Assembly (NCBI GenBank): GCA_951406725.2
Contig: OX597822.1
Span: forward strand, 81,096,001-81,160,000
Direction of reading: 5' to 3'
Source: Octopus vulgaris
Taxonomy: Eukaryota
DNA: 64,000 bases
Shown here: in pieces, positions 1-12,119 of the stretch
How positions within the stretch are numbered: the stretch's first letter is position 1
Layout of the letters: the number at the start of each line of letters is the position of its first letter
Notes under the pieces: model-generated
The model's input: the letters and a program-made list of their open reading frames with translations, nothing else
Database searches by the model: none
What the model was told of the DNA's origin: nothing
Translations under genes and position numbers: made by a program

Positions 1-50
1 TCAATAAGTATCCGGACCCAGTTTATTGATATATCTAAGGTACTGAACGG

Positions 51-248
51 GAAGAATCTTCAGCACCCCGGACAAAATGCTTAGCGCTATTTCGTCCGTC
101 TTAACGTTCTGAGTTCAAATACCGCCGACGTCGACTTTATCAGTCATCCTTCCAGGGGTCGATAAAATAAGTACCAGTTGAACGCTGGGTCCAATGTAAT
201 CGACTTGGTGCTTCCCACAAAATTGCTGGTCTTGTGCCAAAATTTTAA
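51..248 (+). mobile_element. tRNA-derived SINE family A copy (degenerate)
   Basis: Matches the family A pattern (AAATGCTTAGCG...CGTTCTGAGTTCAAAT...CATCCTT..GGGGTCGATAAAATAAGTACCAG) seen at 29533, 31573, 35078, 40567, 49948, 50358, 56245 and 61995. Confidence 0.8.
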
Positions 249-485
249 GCAAATTGCTACACATGATTCCATACCACTTTCATTAATCAAGACGTTATTA
301 ATTTAAATAATATGGCTAGGAAGTGAATGGCAGCGAAATGAATGGTAAGCGGTCTCTTTATAAATATAGAACTTAGGACCTGACTTGAACTCTTTTGATG
401 TAAACTGCAAACACACACGCACATACAAATTGTCTCTCTCACATACATTCTCAGACGACAGCACAGGCACTTTCCCTACTTTTTT

Positions 486-530
<45 letters not shown>

Positions 531-904
531 TCACACGCATACACATATTCGTATACGCACAGTCACTCACTTTTAATGTAATACGTTTCAAGACGCAACT
601 CAAAATATCTCGATACAACTATAATCCAGTCTATTAATCAATATTAGTTGTATCGATCGGTTAGAAGATGAAAGATATTCGAATAAATCCTCCACCGAAA
701 AGTGACTTTAGTACACATACTTAGTGATTCAGCCAAAACTGCTTTAATAAGTTCTGTAAAGTTTATATTACACTTGCAAGGTTATAATAAGGCCGGAACA
801 TGTTCAAAATTGTTTTCTGTACTTGCAGAAATAATTAAGATAATAATAGTCAATAATATTGATGTGTTCGTCACCTCATAATTATTTCAAGATAGCTATT
901 TACT

Positions 905-1455
905 TAGAAAATTGTTATTTTTAAATCTCACAACGAGAGATATTCAGCAACAGTACTTTGGAGTAAAAATTGTTTGCCAACATAACATGGCAGACCTGGT
1001 TTAGGACGAACGTTGCTGTAATTTAGCCCCAGGAGACGTCGTCTCCAGCTGGCTGTATGACACGATCAGTGTCCTTATATTTTCGAAAGTACTCCAAAGT
1101 ACTGTTACTGAATATCTCTAGGTGTGAGATTTAAAAATAGTAATTTTCAAATCTATAGATCAGTGACTAGTTGTCATTTTGAAAACTACATATTTCGAAC
1201 GGGAATTTGGCAGCGCCACCACTAGTCGAATAATTAATTGTTCTGTGTTGATGAAGGGAAATAACCCGGAAATTGCGATACACAGATATTGTTTTGAGCT
1301 GAGTGAGGGTGCTAGATTCTCTTGTTCGAAAACATAAGGACACAGATCGTGTAGTATAGCCAGCTGGAGACGATGTCTTCTGGGGCTAAATTACAGGAAC
1401 ATTCGTCCTGAAACCAGGACTGCCATGTTATGTTGGCAAACAATCTTTACTCCTA
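905..1455. repeat. Nested inverted repeats (MITE/fold-back-like)
   Basis: About 915-965 is the reverse complement of about 1090-1148. The enclosed ~961-1088 segment recurs inverted at ~1325-1452. Confidence 0.75.
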
Positions 1456-1644
1456 GCTATTTAATGTTTTCCTATCGGGTTATTATTTTATTTTATGCGT
1501 TTCAGTTCAATGGCTGTGGCCTGGCTGAGGCACCACAAGTGTAATGACGTTTTCAATGGCCATTCTTTTGTGATTTGTGACTGGCTTTTGGTGAAGGAAG
1601 AACTTCGATATTACTGCTATCTTCTGAATTTCTTCGTGTGATGG

Positions 1645-1800
1645 TAGTTCATCTGGGGCCTTGGGCAGCTATTTCTTGAAAATCTCTACGCCTACTCCAT
1701 GTATATCCATCAGTTGTTTTGACAATGTATTGAATAGCCGTGAGCCCTTGACACTCAAACTGTTGCAGTACATGGTACTCATTCTAGATGGAAGCTTTGA
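1645..1800 (-). mobile_element. CR1-like LINE ORF2 3' end remnant
   Basis: Minus strand translates as LPSRMSTMYCNSLSVKGSRLFNTLSKQL...FKK*LPKAPDE, resembling the NS...G.RLFN.LP...FK...PD C-terminus of CR1/L2-group ORF2. Confidence 0.5.
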
Positions 1801-2212
1801 TTGGTTAGAATGTTATGAACTTGTTTGTTGAAAAATATTTTGTTGTATCTAGGGAGGGTCATTATGTCTATAACATACACGTACACTGGTTATATTTCAC
1901 TTCTTTTATTATTTTTTAGTTGGCTGATGTATTTGACTATTTAACTAATTGATTGTTTGACTAAGCATCCGGTTAATCAATAAATCAATCAGTTATCTTT
2001 CTCAAAACCCTTTCGTCACCCTATACGACCTTTACAATGCTATGACCTTTCTTCTCCAGGTCAGCTTCAGGTATGTCTGCCTGTTGATTTTTGGTTCAAT
2101 ATCAGTTAAACAGTTGGTTAATGAGTTTCTTAATTAGTTTACCAATTGAAGAATATTACAGAAAGTAAATATAAACAGTGCATGTGTTTATTATTGACGC
2201 AATGACACTTGG

Positions 2213-2530
2213 TGAAGGAGCTTGGCTTAATATTTGGGATATTCAGCTCACGGTCGTAAGGTCATGAGTTCGATTCCTGGTAGCGAGTCATGTCTTTGAG
2301 CAAGACACTTTATTTCACGCTGTTTCAGTCCACTCAGCTGGCAAAAGTGGGTTGTACCTGTAATTCAATGGGACCATCCTTGACACACTCTGTGTCACGT
2401 TGAATCTCACTGAGTTCTACGTTAAAGGTACGTGTGCCTGAAGAGTGCTCTTCGACTTACACGTTAATTTCAGGAGCAGGCTGTTCCGCTGATCGGTTCA
2501 ACTAGAATAATTGTTGTCCTACCAGAGTGC
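2213..2530 (+). mobile_element. tRNA-derived SINE family C copy
   Basis: tRNA-like head (B-box-like GAGTTCGATTCC), then GTCTTTGAGCAAGACACTTTA. Colinear with 18480-18805. Confidence 0.75.
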
Positions 2531-2574
2531 CAGGATAATGGACCAAGAAACAACAAAGATTTTTAATATTCTTG

Positions 2575-2627
<53 letters not shown>

Positions 2628-3173
2628 CCCCAAATTTATCTCCTCTGTACCTTTTTCTTTTTCTCTGATTTTTTTTCTAATCCTTCAATCCCGCTGCCCC
2701 CCACCCATCTTTCCTCCTTCAACGTGACCGGTGTCCAGATAGACATAATCTTGGCCTGACTGCTGACCGCCAACACCTTTTGTGTCCATCTCCTATGTTC
2801 CTGCCTTTAGGCTTTCACTTCATACACGCCAGCTCAATTTGAGTCGTTCTCAGTCGAAAGACACCTGCTGTTTGTATTCGTAATTGTGTACCATGTTCTC
2901 CGTTTTTTTTTTTTTTTGTTTGGTTTTTCTTTGTCTTTGTTGCCGTACAAATTCGCTAGCTTTCTTACAAATTGATCTAATGCTCTTAGCTTACACTAGG
3001 AGGTGGGCGCACCAGATCGAACAATCTCAAGTGTAACTGCCCGAAATTTCCATGACTTCTGGGAAAGAAGGACTCGTCTTTTTTTGCTTGTCCTTCTAAT
3101 TGTTCTTTCTCCTTCCGCCATTGTATCGTCTATCTGTCTGAATGTTTTAATGCCGTCTGTTGAGTTTTTGTTC

Positions 3174-3264
<91 letters not shown>

Positions 3265-3423
3265 TTATAATTTTAAAATAAACATACAAATTTCCGCACG
3301 AAGACACGTAGTCTATGCTCTAGGGACGTAGCTTCAACCGTGTTCTTTCTGATGTGAATTTGCTACCCAGGTATCGGTTATCTTTCGAATTATCCTTAAT
3401 AAGATAATTCATCCAATTACTCA

Positions 3424-3502
<79 letters not shown>

Positions 3503-3506
<4 letters not shown>

Positions 3507-4035
3507 ACAAATGGTAAAATTAATTAATTAAGAAGTAATCAATAATTTCAACAAGTAGAATTCGGCATGAAAAAAGGACCATTTCATGGTAAACTTATGT
3601 AATACTTAATAATTAGGGTTCAGCAAAGATTGCTTTACCACATACCGAATTTTAGAAATAGCAGCCAAAAAAACGTTAGCTATTTCTTATACTTTAAAAA
3701 GGGACTCCCAGAAAAACCAAAATACTTGAAAACAAACCACACAGGCAGAGAGGGAGAAGTAAAAAAAATCAATCAATATCTGGTCACCTATGGACGCGCG
3801 TTTCGGAATAAGATTGGAATAAAGAATATAGAATTACACTTTATTAACCGTTTTCCTCTTCAGCATAGGACCCCATCAATAATCAAATATTGAAATATTA
3901 CATTCGAAGGTACTGGAATAATTGAACATATCTCTCCACCTAACGGTATCAGACAGATAATATTCAGTGTTAGTACCGCCGAATTCAAAACCTGAATGAG
4001 GTTCAATTACCCTCCCCTGCCCGTCCTCGTGTGTC
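3503..4035 (-). mobile_element. Non-coding Penelope-like pseudo-LTR fragment carrying a hammerhead ribozyme
   Basis: Bounded by (TA)n on both sides. Contains the hammerhead at 3787-3869 and the shared GAAATAGCAGCCAAAA motif at 3655-3670. Confidence 0.6.
3787..3869 (-). ncRNA. Type I hammerhead ribozyme
   Basis: Minus strand reads CCUAUG-CUGAAGA-GGAA...UUCC-GAAAC-GCGC-GUC-CAUAGG. Stem I is 6 bp, stem II is 4 bp with a long loop, stem III is the palindrome ACGCGCGU, and the cleavage triplet is GUC. Confidence 0.85.
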
Positions 4036-4068
<33 letters not shown>

Positions 4069-4071
<3 letters not shown>

Positions 4072-4380
4072 CGTGATCACCGTGACCGACCAGGCTATCA
4101 GATGTTGCTACACATCACTGGTCACAATGCGCTTCGCATTGTTTTAGCCTTTAAATGACGCCACCCCGCTGTCTAAGCGAGCAGGCCAACAGACGAAAGA
4201 GTGAGAGAAAGTTCTGGTGAAAGAGTACAACAGGGATCGCCACCACCATCCCCTGCCGGAGCCTCGTGGAGCTTTAGGTGTTTTCGCTCAATAAACACTC
4301 ACAACGCCCGGTCTGGGAATCGAAACTGCAATCCTACGACCGCGAGTCCGCTGCCCTAACCACTAGGCTATTGCGCCTCC
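4069..4380 (-). mobile_element. tRNA-derived SINE family D, full length
   Basis: Minus-strand head GGAGGCGCAATAGCCTAGTGGTTAGGGCAGCGGACTCGCGGTCG...GTTTCGATTCC matches the head at 48757 (+). Tail fragments recur at 9564-9674 and 39660-39778. Confidence 0.8.
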
Positions 4381-4381
4381 T

Positions 4382-4504
<123 letters not shown>

Positions 4505-4726
4505 TCAATATAGGGTGGCAAAAAAAATTTTTGTAGAATTCATTTGCCACCAGCGGCCTAGTGGGAAAAAATTAAATAGTCATAAACCATTTTTAAGTTC
4601 AACATCACAATCAAGGAACGGCCATAATAGGCCATTCACCCACTAGAAATAACAGCCAAAAGCTTTAACCGCAAAATAACATCAATTCCGTAAACCAGGA
4701 GAAAATTAAAAAACAGTTACCCTGTA

Positions 4727-4833
4727 ATTTCTTAGACGATGCACCGTTTCATCTACTGTTTAATGGTAAACTAACCTGATTAAATTAAATCAAGCCAATC
4801 TACCATAGGCCCTTAGATTCATCAGTAAGAAAT
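4727..4833 (-). ncRNA. Type I hammerhead ribozyme, array copy 1
   Basis: Minus strand: AUUUCUUA-CUGAUGA-AUCUA...UAGAU-GAAAC-GGUGCAUC-GUC-UAAGAAAU. Predicted cut between 4735 and 4734. Confidence 0.85.
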
Positions 4834-5230
4834 AGCCAAGTCGGAACAGATATTTTTCACGAGGCATTCCTGTTGCTACCTCGGCAATATCTGACCTAAA
4901 ATTTTCAAATCGTCGCACTCGCGCCAAATTTATCGGCAGCAAATAAATATAAGCCGCCGATTCCATTTACAAGAGGCTGTAGCTATTAACCAGAAAATTC
5001 ATAATTAATCAATATAGGGTGGCAAAAAAAATTTTTGTAGAATTCATTTGCCACCAGCGGCCTAGTGGGAAAAAATTAAATAGTCATAAACCATTTTTAA
5101 GTTCAACATCACAATCAAGGAACGGCCATAATAGGCCATTCACCCACTAGAAATAACAGCCAAAAGCTTTAACCGCAAAATAACATCAATTCCGTAAACC
5201 AGGAGAAAATTAAAAAACATTTACCCTGTA

Positions 5231-5337
5231 ATTTCTTAGACGATGCACCGTTTCATCTACTGTTTAATGGTAAACTAACCTGATTAAATTAAATCAAGCC
5301 AATCTACCATAGGCCCTTAGATTCATCAGTAAGAAAT
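5231..5337 (-). ncRNA. Type I hammerhead ribozyme, array copy 2
   Basis: Identical core to copy 1, 504 nt away. Predicted cut between 5239 and 5238. Confidence 0.85.
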
Positions 5338-6009
5338 AGCCAAGTCGGAACAGATATTTTTCACGAGGCATTCCTGTTGCTACCTCGGCAATATCTGACC
5401 TAAAATTTTCAAATCGTTGCACTCGCGCCAAATTTATCGGCAGCAAATAAATATAAGCCGCCGATTCCATTACGGAATTAACCAGAAAATTCATAATTAA
5501 TCAATATAGGGTGGCAAAAAAAATTTTTGTAGAATTCATTTGCCACCAGCGGCCTAGTGGGAAAAAATTAAATAGTCATAAACCATTTTTAAGTTCAACA
5601 TTACAATCAAGGAACGGCCATAATAGGCCATTCACCCACTAGAAATAACAGCCAAAAGCTTTAACCGCAAAATAACATCAATTCCGTAAACCAGGAGAAA
5701 ATTTCTAGTGGGTGAATGGCCTATTATGGCCGTTCCTTGATTGTGATGTTGAACTTAAAAATGGTTTATGACTATTTAATTTTTTCCCACTAGGCCGCTG
5801 GTGGCAAATGAATTCTACAAAAATTTTTTTTGCCACCCTATATTGATTAATTATGAATTTTCTGGTTAATTCCGTAATGGAATCGGCGGCTTATATTTAT
5901 TTGCTGCCGATAAATTTGGCGCGAGTGCGACGATTTGAAAATTTTAGGTCAGATATTGCCGAGGTAGCAACAGGAATGCCTCGTGAAAAATATCTGTTCC
6001 GACTTGGCT

Positions 6010-6116
6010 ATTTCTTACTGATGAATCTAAGGGCCTATGATAGATTGGCTTGATTTAATTTAATCAGGTTAGTTTACCATTAAACAGTAGATGAAACGGT
6101 GCATCGTCTAAGAAAT
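6010..6116 (+). ncRNA. Type I hammerhead ribozyme, inverted array copy
   Basis: ATTTCTTA(6010)-CTGATGA(6018-6024)-ATCTA...TAGAT-GAAAC(6093)-GGTGCATC-GTC(6106-6108)-TAAGAAAT. Confidence 0.85.
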
Positions 6117-6234
6117 TACAGGGTAAATGTTTTTTAATTTTCTCCTGGTTTACGGAATTGATGTTATTTTGCGGTTAAAGCTTTTGGCTGTTATTTCTAG
6201 TGGGTGAATGGCCTATTATGGCCGTTCCTTGATT

Positions 6235-6303
<69 letters not shown>

Positions 6304-6309
6304 CATATA

Positions 6310-6599
6310 TATATAAGGCAAATAAGAAAAAGGAGAAGATAGACGACAAACATCAAATAGTAAACATTCATTTGAATCTATTTATTAATTACAATCATAT
6401 TTACAATCGTATTTTGCACTCATTTATGATTATTTATTTTATTTATCTATTTATTTACTTGTTTATTTGTTTGTTTTATTTGTTTATTTTAATTACTTAT
6501 ACATAAGATTGTAATTAATTAATAAATAGATCCAAATGAATGTCTACAGGGTGATGTTTGTCGATTGATTATCCTCTCCATTTTCTACTTTGCCTTATG
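6310..6599. repeat. Diverged inverted repeat (arms ~6310-6396 and ~6507-6599)
   Basis: CATTCATTTGAATCTATTTATTAATTACAATC versus GATTGTAATTAATTAATAAATAGATCCAAATGAATG, with flanking similarity. Confidence 0.65.
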
Positions 6600-6785
6600 A
6601 ATTCTGGGTAAATTTGTTTTTTACCCTCACTCTTACCTATTATTCAATTGCGATATTGCCCTGCAATAATAAGCACTTGGATATAAATACGTAGGTATAT
6701 ATCCAGTAGTATATTGGATGTTTACTATCCCTTAGATGGTTGCTTAAACTCTAACTCGTAGAGACACATACACACACATACATAT

Positions 6786-6990
6786 ATCAAAATTAGCCTC
6801 AGGATATCCAGAGGTGATGCAGTACGACCGTTTCAAGCGGCTCCATTAAATTAAACAATGCAATCATTACATCAATTTAAATACAGAGCTATCCTCAGCT
6901 GACGTAATGACTGCATTGTTCAATTAAACGGAGCCGCTTGAAACGGTTGTACTGCATTTCCTCTGAATATCCTGTTGCTTATTTTGATTT
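6786..6990. repeat. Inverted repeat carrying a hammerhead half-site
   Basis: GCAGTACGACCGTTTCAAGCGGCTCC versus GGAGCCGCTTGAAACGGTTGTACTGC. Arms ~6786-6875 and ~6900-6990. Confidence 0.7.
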
Positions 6991-7084
6991 TATTCACCTT
7001 ATTTTGAAATTGTACGGATAATACCGCACTAATTTTTGGTGCTTCAACTTAAGTACATAATTCATCTGAATCCCAATTATTTTG

Positions 7085-7148
<64 letters not shown>

Positions 7149-7935
7149 CTTAATACAGTTAAGAAAATAGTGGATTTTTAAAAAATTATATTTCTAAAAA
7201 AGTTATAAAATCTTTTATCAGGATGTTACTAACCTGTTTTGGAAGAAGTTTTTTTCCCTCGTGTGTGAGAGCTTTCTATTAACCTTATATATAGTGGGAA
7301 AATCAGCTACCAATATAGACTGTGTACTAAGCTTGACCGCAGTGAACTGGTGATCGCACTAATACTTTAAGACCAATACTAATTCACTCGGAGATTTTCC
7401 GTTGGCTTATCTTTTTGATAAGCCAACTTACCGTTGTCTTTGATAACCAATGTATTGCACTCTGGTGCACTATAATGCACTCTGTTACATATTTTTATCA
7501 TCGTTCTTACATAGAGAGCTAATAAAATAGGTATAGCTTACATTTCACACCAATGTTGTCAACGTCGTCAGTGTTTCTATAATCACCACCATCAGCACCG
7601 CCATTATCAACATCATCATCATCATCGTATTCATTACATTGTCGTCGTCGTCGTCTTCGTCGTCATCATTAGCATCCGGTATAAAAGATAAATCATCTGT
7701 TAAGAAAGTACTTGGTTGTCCAAACTAGCGTGACGTGAAATATTGATACGGTCGTAAAATATATTATTCTTTTTCTATTTCTGCCTGTCTGTGTCTTTCT
7801 CTCTCACTATGTGCTTCTGTAATAATGCTAATATTGTGTGTGTGTGTTTGTGTGCGTGTGTATGTGTGTACCTATGTGTACATGTATGTCTGTGTGTACG
7901 TGTGTTTCTATGTGTAAGTGTGTGTGTGCGCGCGA

Positions 7936-8591
7936 GCGTTTGTGTTTATGGAGAATAGACAAGAGTGTGATATGTGCGAATAATGTGTGTGTGCATGTAC
8001 GTGTCTGTACGTGTGTGTGTACATGTGTGTGTGTATGCGTGTGTGTGTGTGTGTACGTGTGAGTATGTGTGTACGTGCGTTTGTGTTTATGGAGAATAGA
8101 CAAGAGTGTGACATGTGTATATATTGCATGTGTGCGTACGAGTGTGTGCGTGTCCGTGTGTGTACGTGTGTGTGTGCATGTGTGTGTATGCGTGTGTGTG
8201 TATGTGTGTGTACCTGTGAGTTTGTGTGTACGTGCGTTTGTGTTTATGGAGAATAGACAAGAGTGTGACATGTGTAAATACTGCATGTGTGCGTACGAGT
8301 GTGCGTGTGTTCGTGTGTATGTGTACGTGTGTGTATTTTCGTGTATGCCTGTTCGTGTGTGTGTACGTGTGTGTGTTTTCGTGTATGCCTTTTCGTGTGT
8401 TTGCATTTGTGTGTGTGCTTTTGTGTATGCGTTTTCATGTGTGTGCGCGTACGTGTGTGTGCATATGTGTGTGTATGAATGTGTGTACGTGTGTGTGTAT
8501 GTGTGAGTTCGTGTGTGCGTGTTTGTGTGTGTGTGTACGTGTGTCAATGTGTGCGTGCATTTGTGTTTATGGAGAATAGACAAGAGTGTGA
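7936..8591. repeat. Minisatellite: 35-bp core separated by GT-rich spacers (4 copies)
   Basis: GCGTTTGTGTTTATGGAGAATAGACAAGAGTGTGA at 7936, 8077, 8234 and 8557. Confidence 0.85.
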
Positions 8592-8868
8592 TATCTGTGA
8601 ATATGCGTGTGCGTATGTATTAGAGGTATGTATATTTGTGTGTATATAAGCAATTTTGTATATTCCGGTCAAATACAGACCCATTTTTCTCTGTCCATTA
8701 TTTTTCTCTCTCCATTTGCTTTCTCCCCCACATACCTTTCTGTAGAAAGGGATAGATTCAAACGTCAAAGACTTTTCCATTTTCCCTGAGCGTCAAATTA
8801 ATACATTTGTTCTCTCACCTGTCTCAGACTTTTGATTTTTCTCTTTTCTGTTTCTTGTACAATTTCGA

Positions 8869-8948
<80 letters not shown>

Positions 8949-9050
8949 GTGTGTGTGTATATGTATGTATATATATATATATGTATGCATGTATGTATAT
9001 ATATATATATATATATAAATGTATGTGTATATATATATATATATATATAT

Positions 9051-9393
9051 AGGTGATAAATAAAAATATATGCATACAAACATATATGTACGTACCTACA
9101 TCTACATGTATATATACATGCATATATAAATAATTATACGTGAGTACGGGGGTTTTGTCCTTGTGTAGATCGTCTTGTAATTGTTTTTCGTTTTCTTGTT
9201 TTTCGTTTTTCGTTTTCTTGTTTTTCGTTTTTCGTTTTCTTGTTTTTTGTTTTTTGGTTTTTTCCGTTTCTACGTCTTATTGTGATGTCCTGTACTCACG
9301 TATAATTATTTATATATGCATGTATATATACATGTAGATGTAGGTACGTACATATATGTTTGTATGTATGCATATATTTTTATTTATCACCTT
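9051..9393. repeat. Inverted repeat, ~100-bp arms, T-rich minisatellite spacer
   Basis: 9051-9150 is the near-perfect reverse complement of ~9290-9393. Confidence 0.85.
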
Positions 9394-9464
9394 ATTGTCT
9401 GACAGTGCCCCGCATCAGGTTCGTTCCGATTCGTCGTTTCGGTCCACTTCTTGGTTCCTTTTTT

Positions 9465-9518
<54 letters not shown>

Positions 9519-9527
9519 GTATGTACG

Positions 9528-9567
<40 letters not shown>

Positions 9568-9672
9568 TGTGACCGACCAGGCTATCAGATGTTGCTACAC
9601 ATCGCTGGTTACAATGCGCTTCGCACTGTTTTAGCCTTCAAAGGACGCCACCCTGCTGGCTAAGCGAGCAGG

Positions 9673-9736
<64 letters not shown>

Positions 9737-10008
9737 TACATACATATCATGGACTCTCCCGTCGTAAAACGACGTATGATGGTCCGGCAATGTGTTTCAC
9801 TTTTTATGAATGTACTATATGTATTATATGTGCGTGTGTATGTATGTATGTATGTTTGCATGGATCTTGATATGTATGTATGTACGCTTGAGCGTATTTG
9901 TCTCTTTGCCTCTATTTTTTGTCAATGCTTGACATGCGGTGTTGGCATTTTTAAGTAACCGTAAACAAGTGGTTCGGCAAAAGACCGATAGAACAGAATA
10001 AGTACTAC

Positions 10009-10060
<52 letters not shown>

Positions 10061-10285
10061 TCTTATTCTTTCCTTGTTTCAATCATTTAACTGTGGTCAT
10101 GCAAGCGCATCGCCTTTTATTGAAACTAATCGGCCTCAGCACTTATTCTTTGTAAGCTTAGTACTTATAGTATCGACCCCTTTTACTCAACCGCTAGGTT
10201 ACGGGGACGTAAACACGCCTACATCGGTTGTCAGGCGATGGTGGGGGACACAGTCGCACAAACATATACATACAACGGGCTTCTT
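10061..10285 (-). mobile_element. SINE family B 3' half
   Basis: CTTGTTTCAATCATTTAACTGTGGTCATGC...ACGGGGACGTAAACAC matches 32460-32650. Confidence 0.7.
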
Positions 10286-10290
10286 TATAT

Positions 10291-10440
10291 TTATATTAAG
10301 GGCAATACTATACACAAATGCCTCACGCTAGGAGGGACTCTAAAAGTCAAAACTACCATAATAGTAGTATTATGGTAGTTTTTATTTCCACAGTCCCTCC
10401 TAGCGTGAAGCATTTATGTATAGTAATGCCCTTAACATAA
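10291..10440. repeat. Near-perfect palindrome / fold-back
   Basis: AAATGCCTCACGCTAGGAGGGACT...AAAACTACCATAATA pairs with TATTATGGTAGTTTT...AGTCCCTCCTAGCGTGAAGCATTT. Confidence 0.8.
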
Positions 10441-10861
10441 ATAAATATATTTAAATGGAAAAATTAATAAATTTTTCCCTTGTGAGGTTTTTCACACTAA
10501 CTACCTGATAATTTCTTATAAAGATTTTATCCTATTTTTTAACGATATATATATATATATATATAGCAGGTCCGTAATGACTTTTGGCATTGCATATTTT
10601 ACAGTCTGGCTTCATTTCAATTTTAAAGTTACATTTAATGTTATATTAAGGTAGCAGTAGTAGATACGCTTCTCTTTTCCTTTGGTTCTCTCTTTTACTT
10701 CTCCGACAACTATGACCTATGGATATGAATAGGTATATACGTGTATGAGCTTGTGTGCCTCACTGTGTGTGTACAATTCGCTTCTGTACTTTCGCCCAGG
10801 TTTCGGTATCACCCTCCATCTATCGCCCCCTTCACTTCTCTCCCTGTATGCGTATGTATGC

Positions 10862-10904
<43 letters not shown>

Positions 10905-11571
10905 TGTGTGTATACATATATATAGAGAGAGAGACACATATATACATGTATATACATATACATACATATATACATACATATACATATTTATATATATATA
11001 CATACATACATATATGCATACATATATATATATATATATATTCACAGATATATATACATATGTATGTATATATATATATATTTATATATAAATATATGTA
11101 TATATATATATGTATATATATATATACATATGTCTATATATATATGTGTGTGTGTATGCATGTGTGTATGTATTTATAGGCATGTACATTCACACATACA
11201 TATTTGTATGCAGATAGATAGATAGATACGTGCACACATACATACAACAAACATTCATTCATACATATATACATACAGGCATGCATAAATACAGATTCAT
11301 ACATACATACAGGCATACATACATACATACATACACATACTTTCATTCTGTTATTCTTTGACTAATTTCAATTATTGAAATTCAGCAATACCGGGATTAA
11401 TGCCCTGAAGGGTTTAATCGATTAAATCTATCTTACTACTTTTTAAAATCTGCTAGCTAATGTCGGTGTATGGGTGTGGGTGTGTGGGCGTGTTTGGGGA
11501 TATTAGTGTATATGTCTATGTATCTAAACTCTATATATACACACACACATACATATATACATACATACACA

Positions 11572-11615
<44 letters not shown>

Positions 11616-11996
11616 ATATTATATTATATTATATTATATATTATATACATTAGATACATACATATATAGATAAAGGTGAGAGACAGAAAATGGAATTCAC
11701 GAGACTGTTTATTCAGAAGCACTACGATCGTTTTGACTCATCATGCCTTCGTATCTTACAGATAAAATGTCGTACAATGAATTGACAAGCATTATAGGTG
11801 CAAATGCGTCTCTCCTAGATGACTTTTCAAAATGTACTTCGTTTCTTAACTACCGTTTCGCTTACTTTTATAACAATGCATTTTAGTTAGTGTAACATTA
11901 CATCCGTATACATAATGAACTGACACAATGAAAGAAGCCGTCTTATTTAAACAAATAAAGCCATAAAAATATAATAAAGTATACAAGAATGAAAGA

Positions 11997-12070
<74 letters not shown>

Positions 12071-12119
12071 GTATGTATAAATATATATATATATACGCTT
12101 TTTACACTTTTACTAGTTT

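Noticed and set aside
5294-6053. Duplicated 66-aa ORF MNFLVNSVMES...
   Set aside because: It recurs only because of the repeat, has no recognisable motif, is altered in unit 1, and overlaps the ribozyme.
7936-8591. CRISPR array
   Set aside because: Spacers are 106-288 bp of degenerate (GT)n, there are no cas genes, and the context is eukaryotic.
9405-9445. Possible type II hammerhead on the minus strand (GAAAC...CUGAUGC)
   Set aside because: No NUH site or paired stems, and the core box is mismatched.
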